This document shows positions 8,556 to 17,498 of a stretch of 64,000 bases of DNA, piece by piece. Source of the stretch: Bacteroidota bacterium (GTDB taxonomy: Bacteria > Bacteroidota > Bacteroidia > UBA4408). The stretch is from NCBI GenBank assembly GCA_016718805.1, contig JADKCP010000003.1:455564-519563 (forward strand), given 5' to 3'. Position numbers and translations under genes: made by a program. Within the stretch, counting starts at the first letter, position 1; each line of letters opens with the position of its first letter. A model generated the notes under the pieces. The model searched no databases and was not told where the DNA came from. It worked only from the letters and a program-made list of their open reading frames with translations.

Positions 8556-10970
8556 TCATTCCTTCACCACCTTCTGCCCCCAGCCTTGCCCTTTCAAAAT
8601 ATAAGTCCCAGCAGGCAAATGCTGCAAGTTCCAAGTGTAAGTTGAGCTCGAAATTGTTTTTGTTTCCAGCACTTTTCCATTGGCATTTATCAATTCTATT
8701 TTTCCTAATGCACCTGCCTGTTGGTTCACAATGCGCAAAATATCTTGCACAGGGTTAGGGAAAATTTGCAATTCTGTTTCCTTCAACGCTTGCACTTGCA
8801 ATGGATTTAACACATTCACAACAATTGTATTTGTAGTTACGGCAGCATTATAATCAAAATAAATATCTGCTTTATTTTGAATTGAATCCGTAACAGTCAA
8901 TCCCGGCAAGGGCTTAATTCTAAATTTTACAAAACCGTGTGATTCCAATTCATTGGTATTTGAATCGGGAAGGAGTATATTTTTAAATATCCATTTTGCA
9001 AAGCCATTTACAATACTTAGTTCATAGTTATCCGAAGCACTAATCATGTGCATGCTGCTAACATCGAGCAAGCCTGAAAGTTTATCTAGCAGCGTTACGG
9101 TGAAAGCTGTATCTGTTCCCGTATTTTGAAAGCGTATGGTGTACTCTAAATTATCTGTTGAATTAGGCAACACACTGTCAACAGAAACCGATTTGTCATT
9201 TGGATCATAGGAACCACCAATAATAGTAATGCTTGCTGCGCTATTGTTTACCGGAGTTGTATCACCTACCCATGGCTCTATCCAAGCAAATGCTTTAGCA
9301 GTATCACCCAATACTGCATTTGCAAAAACCGAATCGTTAATTACTACATCGCCTTGTTGATAAGGAATTAAAGATGTTATGTTCCAAATTAAGGTATCGC
9401 CATTTACTGAATTTGCACTTGGTTGTGAGGTTAAATTGGATAACTGTAAAGGCTTCAAAAATTTTACTTGAACATTATACAATGTATCTGTACCTACATT
9501 TTGGTATTGAAGTTTGTAAGAAACATTAAAGCCTGGTCGTATAAAACTAAAAGATGTTAAGTTTACTTTTAAATCATTTATGTTGGGAATTGGATGCAAT
9601 CCAAAATAAATTGTATCTACTATTCCACTTGCCACATGAATGGTTTGAGGTGATGGAGTAGTTGAAGTATAGTAGTTGTTGTTTAAAGATACCTGAAAGC
9701 TAATATTTCCTGTATCGCTTGCAGCATTAAAAAATCCTGAACTATCCGGAAACACACTAGAATTGCCTGAATAATATACAGGAACCTCCAACCCATTCTC
9801 TAAGCTGTCTTTGTTTCCATTTCCGTTTGCATCAATAAATACATAGCCGAAAGTATAATTATAGTTGCAGTCGCTATTAGCAGGTGAACAAAAGGGCAGT
9901 TGTTGCGAACTGTATATGACTGAAAGTGGAAAAGTACCCTGATTAGGAATGCAGGATATTAAAGTATTAAACATTGTAATGCCCACCCAAGAAGGACTTC
10001 CCGGTATACGAGGAGCTATTTCAGGGAAGCATGTTATGGGGTTAAATGCAAAATCCAGTTTCCAAGTCCTACCTGGTATTCTTGGTAAATTGCTTAATTG
10101 ATTATTTCTGCAATATAATTCAAGCAGCAATGCTGGTAAAGCAGGCAAAGTAGTTAATTGATTATATGAACACGTCAGTGTGGTTAACGATGCAGGTAAT
10201 GCAGGCAAACTAATCAATTGGCATAGTCCGCAATCTAAAGTTATTAATAAAGCAGGTAATGTAGGTAAGCTGGTCAATTGGTTCCCACCGCAATTTAATT
10301 CTTTTATAGAATCGGATAGTATTGGCAAACTTGTCAACTGATTTTGATAGCACCATAAATAAGTTAACGAAGTAGGTAACGCTGGCAAACTGCTTAATTG
10401 ATTGTAATTACAATATAGATGCGTTAATGATGCAGGCAATACAGGTAAACTTGTCAAATGATTATTCTCGCAAGTTAAGCGGGTTAATGATGAAGGCAAA
10501 ATTGGCAAACTGATCAATTGATTCGAAGAGCAAGACAGGTAGCCTAAAGATGCTGGTAAAGCAGGCAAACTCGTTAACTGATTTTCACTGCAGTTCAGAT
10601 TGAGCAAGGATGTTGGCAAGGCAGGCAAACTGTTTAACTGATTATTGCTACAATTTATAAAAATAATTGATGCTGGCAATGTAGGTAAACTTGTTAAATG
10701 ATTAGAATAGCAAAACAAATGCTCCAAGGAAGTAAAATATTGTATACCATCTAATGAGCTAATTTGTAAAAAAGTTAGGTCTAAGCTTATTTCATTTTGT
10801 ATTTGACTGCAAATCGTAATCATTGAATCCTGAGGAGTAAAACAAGTTGGATACAATTGCTTCAGCTTTACTCTAAAATTACTATCCGGCACCCAAAAGT
10901 TTTGAGCAAATAAATTGCTATGCAGCAGCAGCAAGAATGCGATTAAACGAAGTGTAGATTTCAACCGCAT
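8556..10970 (-). CDS. T9SS-secreted LPX-type leucine-rich-repeat protein, paralog 5, intact (804 aa), most divergent copy
   Basis: Signal peptide MRLKSTLRLIAFLLLLHSNLFAQ followed by the same NFWVPD start. Eleven 60-bp/20-aa LRR units lie at ~10080-10740. It shares the middle domain, the DPNDK motif and the T9SS CTD ...GTYILKGQGWGQKVVKE. Confidence 0.85.
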   Translation of the reverse strand: MRLKSTLRLIAFLLLLHSNLFAQNFWVPDSNFRVKLKQLYPTCFTPQDSMITICSQIQNEISLDLTFLQISSLDGIQYFTSLEHLFCYSNHLTSLPTLPASIIFINCSNNQLNSLPALPTSLLNLNCSENQLTSLPALPASLGYLSCSSNQLISLPILPSSLTRLTCENNHLTSLPVLPASLTHLYCNYNQLSSLPALPTSLTYLWCYQNQLTSLPILSDSIKELNCGGNQLTSLPTLPALLITLDCGLCQLISLPALPASLTTLTCSYNQLTTLPALPALLLELYCRNNQLSNLPRIPGRTWKLDFAFNPITCFPEIAPRIPGSPSWVGITMFNTLISCIPNQGTFPLSVIYSSQQLPFCSPANSDCNYNYTFGYVFIDANGNGNKDSLENGLEVPVYYSGNSSVFPDSSGFFNAASDTGNISFQVSLNNNYYTSTTPSPQTIHVASGIVDTIYFGLHPIPNINDLKVNLTSFSFIRPGFNVSYKLQYQNVGTDTLYNVQVKFLKPLQLSNLTSQPSANSVNGDTLIWNITSLIPYQQGDVVINDSVFANAVLGDTAKAFAWIEPWVGDTTPVNNSAASITIIGGSYDPNDKSVSVDSVLPNSTDNLEYTIRFQNTGTDTAFTVTLLDKLSGLLDVSSMHMISASDNYELSIVNGFAKWIFKNILLPDSNTNELESHGFVKFRIKPLPGLTVTDSIQNKADIYFDYNAAVTTNTIVVNVLNPLQVQALKETELQIFPNPVQDILRIVNQQAGALGKIELINANGKVLETKTISSSTYTWNLQHLPAGTYILKGQGWGQKVVKE

Positions 10971-11005
10971 AGGAGATGCTTTTAGGTTAATAATTTTATC
11001 TTTAT

Positions 11006-11013
11006 CAAAACTA
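11006..11013 (-). promoter_or_regulatory. candidate Bacteroidetes -7 promoter element (TAGTTTTG) for the LRR array
   Basis: The reverse complement of caaaacta matches the TAnnTTTG consensus about 35 nt upstream of the paralog 5 start codon, after the rpoD terminator. No convincing -33 TTG was seen. Confidence 0.25.
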
Positions 11014-11107
11014 AGTAATTATAAATCGCCACACCTATTTATTCGGTGAATTAATTTAAGTGCTTGCCCGTTATAATCAAATGCGGGGTAATTGGTTTTT
11101 ATGGATG

Positions 11108-11137
11108 CAAAAAAGGCAGCTCTTTTCAGAACTGCCT
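11108..11137 (-). terminator. rho-independent terminator downstream of rpoD
   Basis: AGGCAG ... CTGCCT hairpin followed by a T-run on the minus strand, 24 nt after the rpoD stop. Confidence 0.45.
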
Positions 11138-11160
11138 TTTTCATGTTGGTATTTTTTTTC

Positions 11161-12024
11161 TTATCCCAAATAAGTCTTCAAATGCTTACTACGAGATGAA
11201 TGCTTCAAACGCTTAATTGCTTTTTCTTTGATTTGACGCACTCGTTCGCGCGTTAAATCAAATTTATCACCGATTTCTTCTAAGGTAAATTCATGGCTGA
11301 AACCAATGCCATAAAACAATTTTATTACATCACGTTCACGATCCGTTAAGGTTGATAAAGAACGCTCAATTTCACGTTGCAAACTTTCTGAAATTAAGGA
11401 ACTGTCGGCTCTTGGTGAATCGCTATTGATTAACACATCCAACAAAGTATTTTCCTCACCTTGTACAAAAGGTGCATCCATACTTACGTGGCGGCCCGAT
11501 ACACGCATGGTATCGGCTACTTTATCTTCGGGCAATTCTAAAATCGCAGATAATTCTTCTGCCGATGGAGCACGTTCAAATTCTTGCTCCAATTTTGAAA
11601 ATGCCTTGTTTATTTTATTTAATGATCCTACCTGATTCAAAGGCAAACGAACAATACGCGCCTGCTCAGCCAATGCTTGTAAAATTGATTGACGAATCCA
11701 CCATACTGCATAGGAAATAAATTTAAAACCACGGGTTTCATCAAATCGCTTTGCAGCCTTAATCAAACCTAAATTTCCCTCATTAATTAAATCGGGTAAA
11801 CTTAAACCTTGATTTTGGTATTGCTTGGCAACCGAAACCACGAAACGTAAATTGGCTTTGGTCAATTTTTCAAGAGCTACCTGGTCGCCATCTCTGATTT
11901 TTTTCGCCAATATCACTTCCTCTTCGGCACTGATTAATTCTTCGCGGCCTATCTCTTGTAAGTATTTATCTAACGAGGCGCTTTCACGGTTGGTAATGGA
12001 TTTGGTGATTTTGAGCTGTCTCAT
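11161..12024 (-). CDS. rpoD: RNA polymerase primary sigma factor (sigma-70/SigA, short Bacteroidetes form)
   Basis: Region 2.4/3/4 motifs [41 protein letters not shown] length of 287 aa is typical of Bacteroidota SigA. Confidence 0.9.
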   Translation of the reverse strand: MRQLKITKSITNRESASLDKYLQEIGREELISAEEEVILAKKIRDGDQVALEKLTKANLRFVVSVAKQYQNQGLSLPDLINEGNLGLIKAAKRFDETRGFKFISYAVWWIRQSILQALAEQARIVRLPLNQVGSLNKINKAFSKLEQEFERAPSAEELSAILELPEDKVADTMRVSGRHVSMDAPFVQGEENTLLDVLINSDSPRADSSLISESLQREIERSLSTLTDRERDVIKLFYGIGFSHEFTLEEIGDKFDLTRERVRQIKEKAIKRLKHSSRSKHLKTYLG

Positions 12025-12483
12025 ATCCGGGTATTATCTGTTTGAGTTAACTAGTAAATTAAAACCAATGTTCTAATTATTTAAGCCTGCAAATGTAGTC
12101 GTTTAAAAGGAGTTTAACAAGAAAAATAATAGTGGTATTTTTTTACCTAATCCTTTTCTTTTAAAAATTATTTGCCATCCGCAATTAGAACACACTTGCA
12201 ATTTTTTGTACTAGTTAAAAATTTTCTTGCATTCGATTATTATAAAAATAAAGTTTAAACACTTGGGGCACATAGAATGTATGTTCACTAAAACCTTCGA
12301 GTCCTTTGTGTTTTTCTTTGTGCACGTTGTGGTTAGAATCTTTTTATTCTAATTCATAAGCTTCATAAATCAATGAGAATTAATTGCTTTTAATGCTTTT
12401 TAGTTTGAAAAGCAGATCTGCACAAAAAATTAATTCCTTTTTTTTATTTTTGAAGCCGTAAAAATGCACTTTTTACACCTGTT

Positions 12484-12557
12484 CGGGATGTAGCGTAGCC
12501 CGGTATCGCGTCAGCATGGGGTGCTGGAGGTCGCTGGTTCAAATCCAGTCATCCCGA
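12484..12557 (+). tRNA. tRNA-Pro (anticodon GGG)
   Basis: Hand-folded cloverleaf. Acceptor stem CGGGATG/CATCCCG with discriminator A. Anticodon stem TCAGC/GCTGG. Loop aT-GGG-gT. T-arm GCTGG-TTCAAAT-CCAGT. CCA is not encoded. Confidence 0.75.
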
Positions 12558-12568
12558 CTACAAAACCC

Positions 12569-12604
12569 AAAGCTCCTTATACTTTACAGAGGAGCTTTTT
12601 TATT
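12569..12604 (+). terminator. rho-independent terminator after tRNA-Pro
   Basis: aaagctcct / aggagcttt hairpin followed by TTTTTTAT. Confidence 0.5.
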
Positions 12605-12646
12605 TGTTTAAATTTGACCGTTTTTTTTACACTCCTAACCAATTCT

Positions 12647-14287
12647 ATGCTTAAACACCTTTCAATTTACCTGCTTTTAATTATAACAAGCTGTTTGCAA
12701 ATCAGTTGCAGTCAACCATCGGCCGACTTACTCATTTACAACACACATATTTATACCCTAGACAGTGCTTTTACACAAGCTACTGCTATAGCTATAAAGG
12801 ATGGAAAAATTATCGCTGTAGGTACGGATAATGAACTTAAAAATTTTGAAGCCAAAGAAAAAATTGACCTACAAGGAAAATTTATTTACCCCGGTTTTAT
12901 TGATGCACATTGCCATTTTTACGGATATGCTGTTGATTTAAAGAAAATTAATTTAACCGGCACAACTTCCTGGGAAGCAGTGTTAGACACAATTACCCGC
13001 TTACAAAACCAAAAATTTATGGGCTGGATTTTTGGTCGAGGTTGGGATCAAAACGATTGGAATACCAAAAGCTATCCAACCAAAGAAAAACTCGACAGCC
13101 TTTTTCCCAACCAACCGGTATTTCTTTTCCGCATCGACGGTCATGCTGCCATCGTTAATCAAAAAGCGCTTGATTTATGCGGAGTTACCGCCAAAACCAG
13201 CATTGAGGGTGGTATAGTAGAAGTTAAAAATGGAAAACTAACAGGCCTCTTGTTCGACAATGCTGTAGATCTGGTAAAACTAAAAATACCTGCTCCAACG
13301 CGTGAAGCCGAAGTTGAAGGCCTTTTGCAAGCTCAGCAAAACTGCTTCGCTGTTGGTTTAACAACTGTTGACGATGCAGGTTTGGAAAAGGAAAATATCT
13401 TACTTATTGATTCATTGCAAAAAGCGGGTTTGCTTAAAATGCGCTACTACGCCATGATTGCTTACAACGAGATAAATAAGAACTATTTTTTTGAAAAAGG
13501 AAAAATAAAAAGCGATCGTTTGTCCGTTAGGTCCTTTAAAATTTATGCCGATGGCGCATTGGGTTCGCGTGGTGCCTTGCTAATAGAGCCATACACCGAT
13601 GAAACAAATCATCACGGATTAGCCCTGACCACTTTAGCAGAAATAGAAAAAGCTGCTACCGAAATTGCCGAGCACGATTTTCAACTTTGCACCCATTGCA
13701 TTGGCGATTCGGGTAACCGTAATTTATTAAAGGTATACCAAAGTGCTACAGCCAACAAACCCAATTTACGCTGGCGCATCGAACATGCACAGGTGTTGCA
13801 TGAAAACGATTTTCAATTATTTAAGCAAAGTCATACTATTCCATCTATACAACCCACACATGCCACCAGCGATATGTACTGGGCCGAAAGCCGCATAGGC
13901 AAGGAACGTATTAAAAATGCCTATGCCTACAAACGTTTGCTGCAAACTACCGGCATGGTTGCAGCCGGCAGCGATTTTCCGGTGGAGGACATTAATCCCT
14001 TATATGGATATTATGCAGCTGTGGTTAGAAAAGACAAAAAAAATTATCCTAGCGAGGGCTTTCAAAAAGAAAATGCTTTAACTAGGGTAGAAGCCTTACG
14101 AGCAATGACCAATTGGGCGGCTTATGCCAATTTTGAAGAAAATGAAAAAGGATCACTCGAAATGGGAAAATTGGCTGATTTTGTGGTACTCGACGAAGAT
14201 TTATTAACGGCTCCGGATAGCCTGCTCTGGCAATTAAAAGTGCGCAGTACTTATGTTAACGGAGAAAAAGTGTATGAACGTAAATAA
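12647..14287 (+). CDS. amidohydrolase-family (Amidohydro_3/YtcJ-like) metal-dependent hydrolase, secreted or periplasmic
   Basis: Signal peptide MLKHLSIYLLLIITSC. HxH metal-binding motif PGFIDAHCHF. The upstream 42 codons of track ORF 12521.. only translate the tRNA (GSNPVIPT), so the start is reassigned to the ATG at 12647. Confidence 0.75.
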   Translation: MLKHLSIYLLLIITSCLQISCSQPSADLLIYNTHIYTLDSAFTQATAIAIKDGKIIAVGTDNELKNFEAKEKIDLQGKFIYPGFIDAHCHFYGYAVDLKKINLTGTTSWEAVLDTITRLQNQKFMGWIFGRGWDQNDWNTKSYPTKEKLDSLFPNQPVFLFRIDGHAAIVNQKALDLCGVTAKTSIEGGIVEVKNGKLTGLLFDNAVDLVKLKIPAPTREAEVEGLLQAQQNCFAVGLTTVDDAGLEKENILLIDSLQKAGLLKMRYYAMIAYNEINKNYFFEKGKIKSDRLSVRSFKIYADGALGSRGALLIEPYTDETNHHGLALTTLAEIEKAATEIAEHDFQLCTHCIGDSGNRNLLKVYQSATANKPNLRWRIEHAQVLHENDFQLFKQSHTIPSIQPTHATSDMYWAESRIGKERIKNAYAYKRLLQTTGMVAAGSDFPVEDINPLYGYYAAVVRKDKKNYPSEGFQKENALTRVEALRAMTNWAAYANFEENEKGSLEMGKLADFVVLDEDLLTAPDSLLWQLKVRSTYVNGEKVYERK

Positions 14288-14382
14288 GTTAGGCTTCTGA
14301 AACAAGATTAAAAAAATATTTTGACGGAATGGTATTTTTTTTACCTTTGCAGTCCGTTTTAAAAAAGTAAAAATATACAGCG

Positions 14383-14541
14383 ATGAAAAGGACATTTCAA
14401 CCTTCACAGAGAAAAAGAAGAAACAAGCACGGTTTTCGTGAACGAATGGCTACTGCCAATGGACGCCGAGTGCTAAACGCACGTCGCGCAAAAGGACGTA
14501 AAAAATTAAGCGTTTCTTCTGATAAATTGCACAAAAAATAA
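14383..14541 (+). CDS. rpmH: 50S ribosomal protein L34 (52 aa; below ORF-track size cutoff)
   Basis: Translation [52 protein letters not shown] is the canonical L34 sequence. Confidence 0.85.
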   Translation: MKRTFQPSQRKRRNKHGFRERMATANGRRVLNARRAKGRKKLSVSSDKLHKK

Positions 14542-14580
14542 TTTCTGGTTTAATCTGATTCAGATTCTATACTTTATTAA

Positions 14581-14621
14581 ATGCTACTCATACCCGCTAT
14601 GAGTAGCATTTTTGTTTTTTA
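14581..14621 (+). terminator. rho-independent terminator after rpmH
   Basis: Perfect 12-bp stem atgctactcata / tatgagtagcat with a 5-nt loop, then TTTTTGTTTTTT. Confidence 0.65.
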
Positions 14622-14668
14622 TACCTACCTTTGGTTTTCTGAAAATAAAAAAATCTAACCCAATTTAT

Positions 14669-17353
14669 ATGAAGCATTTAATAAACTGCATTTTGAACTT
14701 ACTTGTAGTGCAACAAGTAGTATTTGCTCAAGAATTTTTAAAACGCAGCAGCAACAAAGCACTTAGTTTTAAAGAAATGCAAGTGCAATTCGATTCTTGG
14801 AAAAAATCGACCGACTTAAGCAAGCAAAAGCATTGGAAAAATTTTAAGCGTTGGGAAATGGAAACACAGTTGCATACCGATGCACAAGGAGAGCCGGTGG
14901 ATCCTGCACTCTATGTTGATGAGATTGTAAAAGCAACGCAGCAAAAGGAACAACAAGCACAAAGCCGCAGTGCAATGGTAAATTCATGGCTACCAACAGG
15001 ACCATTTGATTTGCCGATAAACCAAACCGGATACCTCGAAGTAGGAATGGGCCGTATTAATTGCATTGCCTTTCATCCCAGCGATCCTAATACTTTTTTT
15101 GTAGGAGTAGCACAAGGTGGTGTTTGGAAAACCAGCAATGGTGGACAAACCTGGACGCCCCTTACCGATAACCTTCCAATTATGCGTGTAAGCGATATCG
15201 CAATTGATCCAATAAATCCAAACACCATGTACATTTCGCTGTGCGACTTTGAATACATTGATGTGAGTTTGAAACTTAACGGACGTAAGCGCAATACACA
15301 TTACGGATTAGGTTTATACAAAACAACCGATGGGGGACAAACCTGGGCTCCAACCAGTCTGAGCTTTCAAATGACTCAAGGCGATGCTTCCTTGTTACGT
15401 AAAACAATTATTCATCCCACCAATACCAACAAACTGGTAGTTTGCGGAACAAGTGGAATGTATACAAGCAACGATGCAGGTGTTACATTTACCAAAACAC
15501 TCGATTCATTATTCTGGGACCTTGTTCAAGATCCTTCAAATGCCAATACATTGTATGCTGCCAGCGGTTGGCTCTATAATTCAAATACAGGAAATGCAGC
15601 CATCTACAAATCGCTCGATTTTGGACAAACCTGGACCATGCTCAATACCGGCATTCCTGCTACCGGTGCTGTGCAACGCATTAAATTAGCCATTGCTCCA
15701 TCCGACCCAAATTATATTTACGCACTAACTGTAGATATTGACCGTGGATTGTATGGTTTTTATACCACTACCGATGCAGGACTAAACTGGACCTATATAG
15801 CACCTGCTCTCAATGTACTGGATGGAAATGATGGAACCGGAACCGGTGGACAGGGAACCTATGATTTAGGATTATTAGTAGATGCAACAAACCGCGATGT
15901 GGTATATACCGGTGGTGTAAATTTATGGGGCTCGGCAGATGGTGCACAAACCTTTAATCCGGTAAGTCATTGGACTACCACTTACGGACCAACTACGCAT
16001 GCTGATATACATTCGCTCGACCGACAAGCTTTAACCGGAAACATATTTACCTGCAACGACGGCGGTGTTTATCGAACATCTTCTATGCAAATTCATAGTT
16101 GGGTAGATGCAAACAATGGTATTCCTTGGCCTACGCAATGGACTAAATTAAACGATGGTTTGCAAATCACTTCCTTTTACCGCTTGTCGAGCTCAAGAAA
16201 TACAAATGCAAAACTAATGGCAGGTGCTCAGGATAATTCTACCTACTTTTTTAATGGTCAAAACTGGTCGAATATATTTGGTGGTGATGGAATGGACAAT
16301 TATATAAATCCGCTCAACGATAGTAATATCATAGGTTCGAGTCAGTTTGGAAATTTTAATTTGTCGTTCGATAACGGTGTAAATGGACAATGGTGCAATA
16401 CCAATGTGAATGGAGAAGTAGCAGAATGGACTACACCAATAATTGCTGATTATAATAACCCCGGAACGCTGTATACTGGCTATGTGAATGTTACCAAATC
16501 AACCGATGGCGGAAATAATTGGACTGCTATTTCTAATTTTCCGACATCCGGTATTGCCAATAACGAAATTTCGGCTTTGGCTGTTGCACCTAGCAATGGC
16601 GATGTATTGTTTGCTGCAAAACGTGTGCGCTACGAATTTTCAATCCCGGCAAGTATGTATACAACTACCGATGGAGGTGCAAACTGGACAGATGTTACAG
16701 CCGGTTTGCCCGATTCATTGTACTATACCTCCGTTGAAATTAACGATACCAATGCCGCCACAGCATATGTTTCAATGGCTGGATTTACGGCAGGTGTAAA
16801 GGTTATGCGCACTACAAACGGAGGCACAACTTGGCAAAACATATCGTATAATTTGCCCAACCTTCCGGTGAATTGTGTGAAAAGCCTTCCCGGTGGTCGT
16901 AAATTGTTGGCAGCAACTGATGTAGGTGTATACATACTCGAAATGAATTCTACAACCTGGGTAAATATTAGTAACGGTTTACCTAATGTAATTGTTTCGG
17001 ATATTGAAATAAACCAATCGCTAAACCGTGTGTATGTAAGCACTTTTGGTAGGGGAATTTGGGAAACCGATTTGGATGTTATTCTTAAAGCCGGTTCTAT
17101 TAAAAATGAAACTGCACAATTTCAATTGTATCCTAGCTTAGGAAATGGAGAAATTACCATTTCAATAGCTGGTAAATTAGGAGCTAATGAAAAACTAAAA
17201 CTGGAGGTGGTTGACATTATGGGCAGATTGGTTCATACACACGAAATTCTAAACAATGAAAATCGTTTAAAACTCAACCTTGCTTCCGGAAAATATTTTG
17301 CAAAGCTAAGCGGGAATAGTATTTCGGGAGTAAAAAGTTTTGTAATACAGTAA
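14669..17353 (+). CDS. BNR/Asp-box repeat beta-propeller protein (sialidase/xyloglucanase-like fold) with T9SS C-terminal sorting domain
   Basis: Multiple S/TxDxGxTW Asp-box motifs (SNGGQTWTP, TDGGQTWAP, LDFGQTWTM, TDGGNNWTA, TDGGANWTD, TNGGTTWQN). Signal peptide begins at MKHLINCILNLLVVQQVVFAQ. The C-terminal ~80 aa resemble the T9SS CTD. Confidence 0.75.
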   Translation: MKHLINCILNLLVVQQVVFAQEFLKRSSNKALSFKEMQVQFDSWKKSTDLSKQKHWKNFKRWEMETQLHTDAQGEPVDPALYVDEIVKATQQKEQQAQSRSAMVNSWLPTGPFDLPINQTGYLEVGMGRINCIAFHPSDPNTFFVGVAQGGVWKTSNGGQTWTPLTDNLPIMRVSDIAIDPINPNTMYISLCDFEYIDVSLKLNGRKRNTHYGLGLYKTTDGGQTWAPTSLSFQMTQGDASLLRKTIIHPTNTNKLVVCGTSGMYTSNDAGVTFTKTLDSLFWDLVQDPSNANTLYAASGWLYNSNTGNAAIYKSLDFGQTWTMLNTGIPATGAVQRIKLAIAPSDPNYIYALTVDIDRGLYGFYTTTDAGLNWTYIAPALNVLDGNDGTGTGGQGTYDLGLLVDATNRDVVYTGGVNLWGSADGAQTFNPVSHWTTTYGPTTHADIHSLDRQALTGNIFTCNDGGVYRTSSMQIHSWVDANNGIPWPTQWTKLNDGLQITSFYRLSSSRNTNAKLMAGAQDNSTYFFNGQNWSNIFGGDGMDNYINPLNDSNIIGSSQFGNFNLSFDNGVNGQWCNTNVNGEVAEWTTPIIADYNNPGTLYTGYVNVTKSTDGGNNWTAISNFPTSGIANNEISALAVAPSNGDVLFAAKRVRYEFSIPASMYTTTDGGANWTDVTAGLPDSLYYTSVEINDTNAATAYVSMAGFTAGVKVMRTTNGGTTWQNISYNLPNLPVNCVKSLPGGRKLLAATDVGVYILEMNSTTWVNISNGLPNVIVSDIEINQSLNRVYVSTFGRGIWETDLDVILKAGSIKNETAQFQLYPSLGNGEITISIAGKLGANEKLKLEVVDIMGRLVHTHEILNNENRLKLNLASGKYFAKLSGNSISGVKSFVIQ

Positions 17354-17498
17354 TTTTTTGAGAGGACTATAACACGAAATTTGGATTTTACTTTGCTCAT
17401 AATTTGTTTATAAAATGAGTTTAAAAGGTACTATTTAAAAAGTTCAAAAAAGGAATAAATACTACTTTTGTTGGCGCACAAATTTTACCCTCCAACAA

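Noticed and set aside
11426-12076. Plus-strand ORFs antisense to rpoD, and similar antisense ORFs inside carB, glnN, the M16 peptidase and dnaX
   Set aside because: They are fully contained within strongly supported conserved genes on the other strand. This is typical shadow-ORF behaviour.
12521-12646. 5' extension of the amidohydrolase ORF
   Set aside because: It overlaps tRNA-Pro and its terminator. The translation GSNPVIPT is the usual signature of a tRNA T-arm read as protein.
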